From: Flavobacteriales bacterium
GTDB lineage: Bacteria; Bacteroidota; Bacteroidia; Flavobacteriales_F; PHOS-HE28
Length of the DNA: 64,000 nt
Reading direction: 5' to 3'
NCBI GenBank assembly: GCA_047601855.1
Contig: JASGIM010000002.1
Location: 846,389-910,388 of the forward strand
Shown piece by piece: positions 10,012-17,986 of this stretch. The notes beneath the pieces were generated by a model. It had not been told where the DNA came from, ran no database searches, and was given only the letters and a program-made list of their open reading frames with translations. The number at the start of each line of letters is the position of its first letter. Position 1 is the stretch's first letter. The translations under genes were made by a program, and so were the position numbers.

Positions 10012-11823
10012 TCATCGTAATGCGCCGGGTATCGTCATTGCATGGAGCTCCCGGGTGGTGCATTCCAGTTCGTCGTGCATGCGATCCACATCGATGGATT
10101 CCAACGACCGCAGCTCCGGCAGCAGATCGATGTAATGGCGGATGCCCTCCAGCAGGTTGTTGCGGAAGGCAGTGAGTTGGCGTTGCTGTTTGGCCGTTGG
10201 CGCATGGACCATGCGTTCCAGTTCGCTGCGCAGGTGGTCCATGTAGAGTGAAAGCTCCTTGATGAACATGTGCGGACGGTCCACGCCCCGGAGCAGATCG
10301 GTGCGGCCGTGGATGTGGTCCACCATGGTGCGGAGGGACACCACCTTGTTGAAGTAGGCGGTGTTCGGGCCGGGGCAGATGGCCACGGCCTCCAGCTTGT
10401 GCGCGGGATGCAGTCCTGCCTTCAGCAGGGCCGATGCGCCCAGCCCTTCGCACAGGCAGTCCTTCTCGGTCACGGCGGCCACCTCGCGTTGCAGGGTCGC
10501 GTCATCCAGCCCGGCGGCTTCGAGCTGCGCCACCTTCAGTTTCTGGTACTGGCGCGAGGCGGTGCAGATGGGCTGCCCGGTGAACTCGGTGTTGCTGCTC
10601 AGGAACTTCTTATAGCACGGACTGCCGGGCCTGTTCTTGTCGATGCGCTTTTGCAGTTGCTGGTTCGATGTGCTCGGCCTGAAGTTGTGGAACGGCACGC
10701 CCAGCGGCGAGGCATGGCTCAGGTAGAAGTCCTCCGGCCGTGCGGCACACAGTTGCCGCAGCGTTCCATCGTCCACGTTGGTCGCCTCGGGCACCAGCAG
10801 GAAGGGACTGCCCCATCCGGTGCCGTCCACCCCGTAGTGCGCGCGCAGGAAGCGGTCCTCGGCAGCGGTGCCGATGCCGCCCTGTGCGGTGATGCGCTGC
10901 ACCGGCCGCACGGGGAACACCCACCTGCCCGCCTCGGCCAGCGCCGCATTGCAGGTGCGCCAGAGCTCATCGGCCAGCGACTCCCGTTCCTGCTGGAACG
11001 CTTTCAGGATCGGCCCCATCAGCAGGCCGTCGGTCGCAAAGGCGTGGCCGCCGCAGTTCAATCCCGACTCGATGCGGAACTCCGAGACCCACACGCCCTT
11101 CTTGGCAAGGATGCGCCCCTGCACCTGCGCGGACCGCAGATCGCTCGCTTTCAGGACCACGCGCTTGCGCAACCAGCCCTCCGCGTCGGGAAGGAAGTCC
11201 GGGAAGGTGGCGATGTAGGCGTAGAGCCTCGGATTGTAGCCGGCGCTAAGCACCACGGCCGTGTTCAACGTGCTGTGGGCGAACCCGCGGAAAGCGGCCA
11301 TGGCATCGCAGTACTCCGGTGGAAGGGCATTGCCATCCGCATCGTAGTTCACCGGGTCGATCTTCGCCATGATGTTCACATCGATCGCACCCGGAACGAT
11401 GGCCTTTCGCAGAGCGGCTTCGTACTGGTCGCGTTCATCGCCCGGTGGCATGTTCAGCAGGGCATGGTACCGTGCGCGTAGCGGCGAGCCTTCGGGAAGC
11501 AGTTCGAAGTAGAGCGCGCTTTCCGAGCCGGGCACGATGGGCGTATCGCGCACGCGGTGGGTGTTGCGGTCCACGAGGCGCTGGAGCAGGTCCAGATAGG
11601 CGGTGATCCGCTGCGCGCGATGGTCCGGCCCCGGCTTCGGTATGGGCACGTATGCTTCATCGTTCTGCAGTGCGTGGTGCTCCCGCATGCGTTCCACCAG
11701 CTCATCCTCGATGATGGATACCACCGATGTGATCCCCAGATGCGCCACTTTCAACGGGGTATCAATGGTGTACCCAAGCCCCATCACGGGGATGTGGAAA
11801 GTGTGCGGCGAGGAGACGTGCAT
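10012..11823 (-). CDS. Uncharacterised 603-aa protein with NMO/FabK-like FMN TIM-barrel motifs and a Cys-containing C-terminal extension
   Basis: Long ORF with coding-like composition. Three motifs resemble nitronate monooxygenase: HIPVMGLGY (cf HPIMQGGM), RIESGLNCGGHAF (cf DGFECAGHPG), and ITAQGGIGTAAEDRFLRAHYGVDGTGWGSPFLLVPEAT (cf [35 protein letters not shown]). Function not assignable. Confidence 0.8.
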   Translation of the reverse strand: MHVSSPHTFHIPVMGLGYTIDTPLKVAHLGITSVVSIIEDELVERMREHHALQNDEAYVPIPKPGPDHRAQRITAYLDLLQRLVDRNTHRVRDTPIVPGSESALYFELLPEGSPLRARYHALLNMPPGDERDQYEAALRKAIVPGAIDVNIMAKIDPVNYDADGNALPPEYCDAMAAFRGFAHSTLNTAVVLSAGYNPRLYAYIATFPDFLPDAEGWLRKRVVLKASDLRSAQVQGRILAKKGVWVSEFRIESGLNCGGHAFATDGLLMGPILKAFQQERESLADELWRTCNAALAEAGRWVFPVRPVQRITAQGGIGTAAEDRFLRAHYGVDGTGWGSPFLLVPEATNVDDGTLRQLCAARPEDFYLSHASPLGVPFHNFRPSTSNQQLQKRIDKNRPGSPCYKKFLSSNTEFTGQPICTASRQYQKLKVAQLEAAGLDDATLQREVAAVTEKDCLCEGLGASALLKAGLHPAHKLEAVAICPGPNTAYFNKVVSLRTMVDHIHGRTDLLRGVDRPHMFIKELSLYMDHLRSELERMVHAPTAKQQRQLTAFRNNLLEGIRHYIDLLPELRSLESIDVDRMHDELECTTRELHAMTIPGALR

Positions 11824-11852
11824 GGGTTATGGGAAATGCCTTGGGCTGGAGG

Positions 11853-11909
11853 GTGCGAGAGTGATGGAGGTGTGATGGTGTTGCGTGGCTTGCTCTTTCA
11901 CTCTTGCAC
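11853..11909. repeat. Inverted repeat GTGCGAGAGTGA ... TCACTCTTGCAC (11/12) in the spacer between tpl stop and the 603-aa gene start
   Basis: Read directly and anchored on ORFs 11603 and 11885. Same 10-mer as the nadA-nadB hairpin. Confidence 0.5.
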
Positions 11910-11923
11910 TCTCTCACGTATTC

Positions 11924-13309
11924 CTACCCCAACCGCTCGAACCTTGCCTGAAAGAACCGCAGGTACTTCGGCTCGTATACCATCTTCAGGCCGGTGATGG
12001 AAGCGCGGCGTTCGTACACGCGTTGCACGCTCTCGGCGATCACGTCCATGTGGGCCTGTGTGTACACGCGGCGGGGGATGGTGAGGCGCACCAGTTCCAA
12101 CTCCGGGTAACAGTGGTCGCCGGTGTCCTTGTCGCGACCCGCGCTCACGATGCCGCGTTCCATGGCACGTACGCCCGAATCGATGTACAGCTCGGCGGCC
12201 AGCGTCTGCGCGGGAAAGGCCGTCTGCGGAAGGTGCGGAAGGAAGGCCTTCGCATCGAGGAAGACCCCGTGCGTACCCACGGGTCTCACGATCGGGATGC
12301 CCATGTCCAGCAGCTTGTTTCCGAGGTAGAACACTTGCCCCACGCGGGCGCGGATGTGGTCGTCCTGCACGCTCTCCGCGATGCCGATCGCCATAGCTTC
12401 CATGTCGCGCCCGGCGAGGCCGCCGTAGGTGTGCAGGCCTTCGTACACCACCACCATGTTGCGGGCCTCCTCGAACACGTCCCACTCGTTGGTGGCCATG
12501 AAACCTCCGATGTTCACCAGCGCATCCTTCTTCGCGCTCATGGTGGCGCCGTCGGTGAGCGAGCAGATCTCCCGCACGATCTTCGCCACGCTGCGGCCGC
12601 GTTGTCCTTCTTCCAACTGCTGGATCATGTAGGCGTTCTCGGCCACGCGCGTCATGTCGTGGATGATGCGGATCCCGTGCTTCGTACACAGTTCGCGCAG
12701 CGCCTTCAGGTTGGCGAGCGCGATGGGCTGCCCGCCGGCCATGTTCACCGTGGTGGCGATGGACACGTAAGGGATCCTCTTCGCGCCATGCGTGTCGATG
12801 ATGCGTTGCAGCTTGGCGAGGTCCACGTTGCCCTTGAAGGGGAAGGTGCTCTGTGCGTCGTGGGCCTCGTCCACGATGATGTCCACGAAGGTGCCACCTG
12901 CCAGTTCCTGATGGAGCTTGGTGGTGGTGAAGTACATATTGCCCGGCACGATGTCGCCGGGCTTGATGAGAATGCGCGAGAGGATGTTCTCCGCGCCGCG
13001 CCCCTGATGCGTGGGCACGATGTACGTGTAGCCGTAGTACTTCTGGATCGCGGCTTCCAGATGATAGTAGTTGCGGCTGCCCGCATAGGCTTCATCGCCG
13101 AGCATCAGTCCCGCCCACTGGCGGTCGCTCATGGCGCTGGTGCCGCTGTCGGTGAGCAGGTCGATATAGACGCGTTCGGAAGGCAGCAGGAAGGTGTTGT
13201 TGCCCGCCTCGGCCATGGCCTGCTCGCGTTCGGCAAGCGTGGTCATGGTGAGGGGTTCCACCATCTTGATCTTGTAGGGCTCGGCCCATGAGGTGTGTGT
13301 CGCTGGCAT
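11924..13309 (-). CDS. tpl: Tyrosine phenol-lyase-like beta-eliminating lyase (PLP)
   Basis: 461 aa, closely collinear from memory with Citrobacter TPL. Motifs: GNMYFTTT (TPL-type), VNMAGGQPIALAN, MSAKKDALVNIGGF, VVVYEGLHTYGGLAGRDMEAMAIG, LTIPRRVYTQAHMDV. Confidence 0.85.
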   Translation of the reverse strand: MPATHTSWAEPYKIKMVEPLTMTTLAEREQAMAEAGNNTFLLPSERVYIDLLTDSGTSAMSDRQWAGLMLGDEAYAGSRNYYHLEAAIQKYYGYTYIVPTHQGRGAENILSRILIKPGDIVPGNMYFTTTKLHQELAGGTFVDIIVDEAHDAQSTFPFKGNVDLAKLQRIIDTHGAKRIPYVSIATTVNMAGGQPIALANLKALRELCTKHGIRIIHDMTRVAENAYMIQQLEEGQRGRSVAKIVREICSLTDGATMSAKKDALVNIGGFMATNEWDVFEEARNMVVVYEGLHTYGGLAGRDMEAMAIGIAESVQDDHIRARVGQVFYLGNKLLDMGIPIVRPVGTHGVFLDAKAFLPHLPQTAFPAQTLAAELYIDSGVRAMERGIVSAGRDKDTGDHCYPELELVRLTIPRRVYTQAHMDVIAESVQRVYERRASITGLKMVYEPKYLRFFQARFERLG

Positions 13310-13381
13310 GCACGGCCCGGGCTTGCGGATGGGGGTGCCGCCCGGCAGCGCGAAGTTCAGCGGATGGATCTGTCCGAATAA

Positions 13382-13393
13382 TGACGATGGTCA
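13382..13393. promoter_or_regulatory. TGAC-N4-GTCA palindrome (ATGACGATGGTCAG), 73 nt upstream of the tpl start
   Basis: Read directly and anchored on ORF 13293 (codons AAT AAT GAC GAT GGT CAG). Confidence 0.55.
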
Positions 13394-13508
13394 GGTAGCC
13401 CATCGGCAACAGTCCCTGGTTCCGTACCATGCGTGCCGCCACATTTGCCGCTTTCATCATGGCCTTGCTGTTGCTCGCTTGCGGCACATTCCGGTGAGTA
13501 CGTCCTTC

Positions 13509-15044
13509 TCACCTCCTTCCCCCGCTCACCCAATGTGTGCCCACGCTGTACGGCTCGGCCAGCGCGGTGTGCACGATGGCCCGCGCTGTGTCCACCATGT
13601 TGCGCAGCACGATCGCCTCGGAGGAATGGTCACCGGCCATCCATGCGCGCTCTACGGCCATGTGTACGCGCTCGATGCGGCGCAGGGCGGTGTGCAGGCC
13701 GTGGTCGCTGCGCAGGATCCCCGCGTGCATGGTCATGGTGCGGCGCAGGGCATCCATCATTTCGCCGTAGGCGGGTGAAGCGGCCTTCGGTCCCGCCTTG
13801 GCATTCACCTCGATCGACCGATCGGAGGAAGGGATGTGCTTGGGCGTGGTGCGCAGCATGTCCTTGGCGGCATGGCGCGGCAGCACCAGCGCTTCGAGCA
13901 GGGAATTGGAGGCGAGGCGGTCGGCGCCGTGCAGCCCGCTTCCGGCGCACTCGCCCAGCGCATACAGGCCGCTGAGCGCAGAGCGTCCGCTGCCATCGGT
14001 GCGGATGCCGCCGCAGAGGTAGTGCGCGGCGGGCATCACAGGGATACGGTCGCGGCCGCATGCGATGCCCCGTTCGCGGCAGTATGCCGCAATGGCCGGG
14101 AACTCCCGTGCGAAGCGGGAGGTGCCGATCGGTGCAGTGTCCAGCCACACGTGCGGCGAGCGGGTGCGCGCCATGACCCGCGCGATGGTGCGGGCCACCA
14201 CGTTGCGCGGCGCGAGGTCACCTTGCGGATGCACACCTTCCATCAACGGACGGCCGTCGGGACGAAGCAGCGTGGCGCCCGCGCCGCGTACGGCCTCGCT
14301 GATCAAAAAGGCGGTGCCCGTGGCACCGGTATATAACGCCGTGGGGTGGAACTGCACGAAGGCCATGTCCCGCAACGGTACCCTGGCGCGTGCGGCCATG
14401 GCGATGCCATCGCCCGTGGCACCCGGCGGATTGGTGGTGTGCAGATACACCTGTCCTGCACCGCCAGTGGCGAGCACCACCGCATGCGCGAAGCGGTCCG
14501 TTAGCCGCTCGTCGCGTGGATCGCGCGAGCGTATGCCGATGCAGCGATCATCCTCCACCAGCAGGTCCACGGCCTGTTCATCGATCAGGGTGATGCACGG
14601 CGAAGCCCGCACGCGCTGCTGCAACACGCGCACGATCTCGGCGCCGGTGCGGTCCAGATGATGCACCACGCGCGCCATGGTGTGGCCGCCTTCACGCGCC
14701 AGTGCGAGCTGTCCGGCCGCATCCGTGTCGAAGGCCGCGCCCATGCCCAGCAGCGCGCGCACCACCGCCGGACCTTCGCACACCACACGCCGCGCCACGG
14801 CGGGATCGTTGCGCCCTTCACCCACGGTGAGCGTGTCGCGCACGTGGCTGGCCGTGGAGTCGGCAGGATGCAACACCGCCGCCATGCCGCCCTGCGCTGC
14901 GTACGAGTTGCTGCCGCTCACCGCCTCTTTCGCGATGATGCGCATCCGCACCGGCCGCCCCGCCGCCTGCTCCGCCAACTGTACGGCACAGGCCATCCCG
15001 GCGATGCCGCCGCCGACCACGATCACGTCGAGCTGTGGTTTCAT
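13509..15044 (-). CDS. nadB: L-aspartate oxidase
   Basis: Start taken at MKPQLDVIVVGGGIAGMACA (FAD GxGxxG). Fumarate reductase/aspartate oxidase flavoprotein family throughout. Adjacent to nadA. Confidence 0.85.
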   Translation of the reverse strand: MKPQLDVIVVGGGIAGMACAVQLAEQAAGRPVRMRIIAKEAVSGSNSYAAQGGMAAVLHPADSTASHVRDTLTVGEGRNDPAVARRVVCEGPAVVRALLGMGAAFDTDAAGQLALAREGGHTMARVVHHLDRTGAEIVRVLQQRVRASPCITLIDEQAVDLLVEDDRCIGIRSRDPRDERLTDRFAHAVVLATGGAGQVYLHTTNPPGATGDGIAMAARARVPLRDMAFVQFHPTALYTGATGTAFLISEAVRGAGATLLRPDGRPLMEGVHPQGDLAPRNVVARTIARVMARTRSPHVWLDTAPIGTSRFAREFPAIAAYCRERGIACGRDRIPVMPAAHYLCGGIRTDGSGRSALSGLYALGECAGSGLHGADRLASNSLLEALVLPRHAAKDMLRTTPKHIPSSDRSIEVNAKAGPKAASPAYGEMMDALRRTMTMHAGILRSDHGLHTALRRIERVHMAVERAWMAGDHSSEAIVLRNMVDTARAIVHTALAEPYSVGTHWVSGGRR

Positions 15045-15073
15045 GCTACTGTGATGGACGGAGAGTACGAGGA

Positions 15074-15105
15074 TGCGAGAGTGCATGTGCTTTCGCACTC
15101 TCGCA
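15074..15105. repeat. 11-bp perfect hairpin TGCGAGAGTGC-N10-GCACTCTCGCA between nadA stop and nadB start
   Basis: Read directly and anchored on ORF 15073. No U-tract on the coding (minus) strand, so not a canonical terminator. Shares the 10-mer TGCGAGAGTG with 11854-11863. Confidence 0.6.
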
Positions 15106-15128
15106 CCCTCCTTCTTTTCTTCTCCACA

Positions 15129-17426
15129 TCATCCCAGTTCCAACATCCGCCGCAACGACCGTTCTGCCTCCTGCCGCACGTCCTCGGACAGTTCGATCGC
15201 AGGCCGGCCATCGCGCAGCGCGGTGTACATCTTGCGCACTGTGTTCCGCTTCATGTACGGGCACTCGCTGCATGCACAGGTGTTGCTGACATGCGCGGGC
15301 GCGGGGATCAGCATCTTGTGCGGCGTGGCCGCGCGCATGCGGTGCAGGATGCCCGCTTCGGTGGCCACGATGAAGGTGTGGCCCGGATCCCGCTGCACGA
15401 ACTCCAGCAGCGACGCGGTGGACCCTACATGGTCAGCGTCGGCGAGGATGTGCTCGGGACATTCCGGATGAGCGATGAGCTTCGCGTCCGGATGCTTTCC
15501 CATCAGCAGCTTCAGCTTGTCGGCGCTGATGTCCACGTGTACCTCGCAGGCACCATCCCACAGCACCAGTGACCGTCCGGTGATGCGCTGCACGTAGGCG
15601 CCAAGGTGCTTGTCGGGCGCGAAGATCACCGGGCGGTCCTTCGGTAGACTGTTCACTACACGCACCGCGTTGCTGCTGGTGCAGATGATATCGCTCATGG
15701 CCTTCACCGCAGCGCTGCAATTGATGTAGCTCACCACGAGGTGGCCGGGATGCGCATCGATGAAGGCACGGAACTTATCCGCCGGTGCGCTGTCGGCCAA
15801 GGAGCAACCGGCTTCAAGGTCCGGCAGTAATACCGTGCGCATGGGGTTCAGGATCTTCGCGGTCTCGGCCATGAAATGCACGCCGCAGAAGAGGATGGTG
15901 TCCGCGCCGGTGCGATCGGCGGCCTGTGCCAGCGCAAGGCTGTCGCCCACGAGGTCGGCCAGCTCCTGGATGTCGGGCGTCTGGTAGTAGTGCGCGAGGA
16001 TCACCGCGTTGCGTTCGGCCTTCAGCGCGAGCAACGCTTCGTGCAGGTCATGCTCGGAGATGTTATCAAGGCTGCTGGCGTCGTGGATCGATAGCTGCGC
16101 TGCGGGTTGCTCAGAAGAAGGCCGGGCGTTCCACAGGGCACGCGCAGCGTGGCGCACCAGCAATGTAAGGCCGGTGAACAGGCCGAGGCCGGACACCGCG
16201 AACCCCGCGATGAAGGGCCACGCCTTGTCCATGATGGGCTGGAAGGCCATGCCGGTGGTGACGGTGAGCCAGCCTTTCACCACACCTGCACCCACCAGGC
16301 ACAGCCAGAAGAGGAGCAACGAGGCATTGAAGATCCAGAAGCCTGCACGGGCCGTGCGATCCAGGGTGCTTCCGGCGATGAAGCATACCGACGCGAACAG
16401 GATGGTGGTGTTGATGCCGATGGTGCTGCCCATGGCGTGCGCCACGGTGATGTGCGTGCCATGCGTGAAGAGATTGATGGCCGGGATGCTGATCAGCAGC
16501 GCGAGGCCGAGGTTGAGGAACACCCATACTTCGCTGGCGAAGAGGAACCGATGCGTGAGCGAATGGCGCTGCTTCAAGCCTGCGTCCAACGTGGTGCGCC
16601 ACTGATGGATGATGCGCGCCAGGATGATCCATTCGGTCATGCTGATGGCATAGGCGAGGATCCGTACCCAGGATGCGGCGGGGACCGGATAGATGTGATG
16701 GGCCCAGCCGAAGAGCAGGTTGGTGAAGCCCAGCGCGAACAACAGGAAGGCCGTGCGCGACAGGGCCACTGAGCGGTCGCCGCTGATGCGTTCCATCACC
16801 ACCATGGAGGTGCCGTACACCAGCATGTTCCACGATCCGGTGAGCGCGCCGTAGGCCTTCCACTGCACGGTGAGGTCGCGTACTGCGTTGCCGCTGAAGA
16901 TGGGCAGCAGGTACAGATGCGCCTCGGCGAACGTGAGCAGGAAGAACACGATGCCCGTGGCCCACATCCACAGGTAGGCCGGCCATGGGCCTTTATGCTT
17001 TGTTGCTGTGCGGAAGAAATTGTACACCAATAGCAGCCAGCCCGCCGCGATCGGAATCCCCAGCACCGGCGGGAACTCCCAATACTCCCGTCCACCGAAG
17101 CGGCCCATGAGGTAGGAGCCGATGATGAGCAGGCCCGTGCCCATGAAGAGCACCAGATGCCACCACACCAGCCTCGGCGCGTGCAACGGTACACCGGTGA
17201 GCTGTGGCAGATAGTGGTACACGCCGCCTACGGCGCCCAGGAAGATCCACGCCACCACCAGTGAAACATGGAGCGGACGCGACTTCACGAAGGGGATGGC
17301 ATCCACCACACCAGGAATCACATGCTGCCAGGAACCGATCACGCCGAACATGGCGCCGCACCACAGGGCCAGCAACCCGGCCAACAGGAACAGGCGCGCG
17401 GGATCGCGATCAGCGGGCGTCCTCAT
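15129..17426 (-). CDS. nadA: In-frame fusion: divergent NorB-like heme-copper-oxidase membrane domain (about 17426-16140) + quinolinate synthase NadA (about 16075-15129)
   Basis: Start at ATG 17426 (MRTPADRDP), overlapping the norC-like stop by 17 nt. N-domain has 12 predicted TM helices with AIPFVKSRPLHVSLVVAWIFLGAVGGVYHYLP, GWAHHIYP and THGTHITVAHAMG. C-domain has RNAVILAHYYQTPDIQELADLVGDSLALAQ, FCGVHFMAETAKILNP and three Fe-S Cys contexts. No stop and no ATG/GTG in the junction. Confidence 0.7.
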   Translation of the reverse strand: MRTPADRDPARLFLLAGLLALWCGAMFGVIGSWQHVIPGVVDAIPFVKSRPLHVSLVVAWIFLGAVGGVYHYLPQLTGVPLHAPRLVWWHLVLFMGTGLLIIGSYLMGRFGGREYWEFPPVLGIPIAAGWLLLVYNFFRTATKHKGPWPAYLWMWATGIVFFLLTFAEAHLYLLPIFSGNAVRDLTVQWKAYGALTGSWNMLVYGTSMVVMERISGDRSVALSRTAFLLFALGFTNLLFGWAHHIYPVPAASWVRILAYAISMTEWIILARIIHQWRTTLDAGLKQRHSLTHRFLFASEVWVFLNLGLALLISIPAINLFTHGTHITVAHAMGSTIGINTTILFASVCFIAGSTLDRTARAGFWIFNASLLLFWLCLVGAGVVKGWLTVTTGMAFQPIMDKAWPFIAGFAVSGLGLFTGLTLLVRHAARALWNARPSSEQPAAQLSIHDASSLDNISEHDLHEALLALKAERNAVILAHYYQTPDIQELADLVGDSLALAQAADRTGADTILFCGVHFMAETAKILNPMRTVLLPDLEAGCSLADSAPADKFRAFIDAHPGHLVVSYINCSAAVKAMSDIICTSSNAVRVVNSLPKDRPVIFAPDKHLGAYVQRITGRSLVLWDGACEVHVDISADKLKLLMGKHPDAKLIAHPECPEHILADADHVGSTASLLEFVQRDPGHTFIVATEAGILHRMRAATPHKMLIPAPAHVSNTCACSECPYMKRNTVRKMYTALRDGRPAIELSEDVRQEAERSLRRMLELG

Positions 17427-17877
17427 GCATGGAACGATACGTGCCCCACGGCGTGAGGTCGATGTGACGGATGGGATAGGTGCCGGTGGCGTCCACCGCC
17501 TGCAGGAAGGCCACGACGTCATCGGCCTGTTGCTCGCTGAGGCCCAGCATGGGCATGCGCTGCGTGCCGTGCAGGATGATACCCTTGGCGAAGGCGGGAC
17601 CCTTGCCGGGTGTGCTCACCACGTTCGTAAGGTCCGGCCCCATGTAGCCGCCCAGCCCGTAGAACTGGTGGCACGCCGTGCAGTTGAACTCCCGGTAAAG
17701 CTGTGCTCCCCGCGTGGCGGCCGCATTGTAGCTCGCGCGTTCATCGCGCACCTCGGTCGCCGTGGTGTAGGTGATCGCCGATCCCGCCACGAAGAGCGCT
17801 ACGAGCCCGAAGAAGATGGCGCGGCGGTGGCGGGCACCGAAGGCCGATGGCTGCGTGGCGTTCATGCCGGCGTGCAA
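17410..17877 (-). CDS. NorC-like membrane-anchored monoheme cytochrome c
   Basis: 155 aa with an N-terminal TM anchor (AIFFGLVALFVAGSAI). REFNCTACHQFYGLGGYMGPDLTNVV resembles NorC NNCVGCHTLLGEGAYFAPELGNVV. LSEQQADDVVAFL resembles NorC LSEGQVDDLAEFL. Confidence 0.7.
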   Translation of the reverse strand: MHAGMNATQPSAFGARHRRAIFFGLVALFVAGSAITYTTATEVRDERASYNAAATRGAQLYREFNCTACHQFYGLGGYMGPDLTNVVSTPGKGPAFAKGIILHGTQRMPMLGLSEQQADDVVAFLQAVDATGTYPIRHIDLTPWGTYRSMHEDAR

Positions 17878-17911
17878 CGGTCGTCGCGTCGTTCGAGGCC
17901 ATGTACGGCAA

Positions 17912-17931
17912 GGGCGTCCTTGCGGACGCCC
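17912..17931 (-). terminator. 8-bp GC hairpin 56 nt after the fasciclin stop (terminator or processing site)
   Basis: GGGCGTCC-TTGC-GGACGCCC, anchored on ORF 17847. Weak or absent U-tract on the minus strand. Confidence 0.35.
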
Positions 17932-17986
17932 CTGTCGTCTTTCACCATTCCGCCAGCGGTCCGGTAGGAACAGTGCATGGCGGACG

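Noticed and set aside
13429-13497. 22-codon plus-strand mini-ORF MRAATFAAFIMALLLLACGTFR that looks like a lipoprotein signal peptide with nothing behind it.
   Set aside because: It is opposite in direction to all neighbours, has no mature domain and sits in the tpl promoter region. It is probably a chance ORF or a relic, with no support beyond hydrophobicity.
16000-16115. An independent nadA start inside the fusion junction: in-frame TTG in ...EALLALK..., or the out-of-frame ATG at 16051..16049.
   Set aside because: The TTG would remove conserved N-terminal residues and lies inside an uninterrupted ORF. The ATG is out of frame in the sequence as given. I kept the fusion as the literal reading and flagged the two-indel alternative in the finding.
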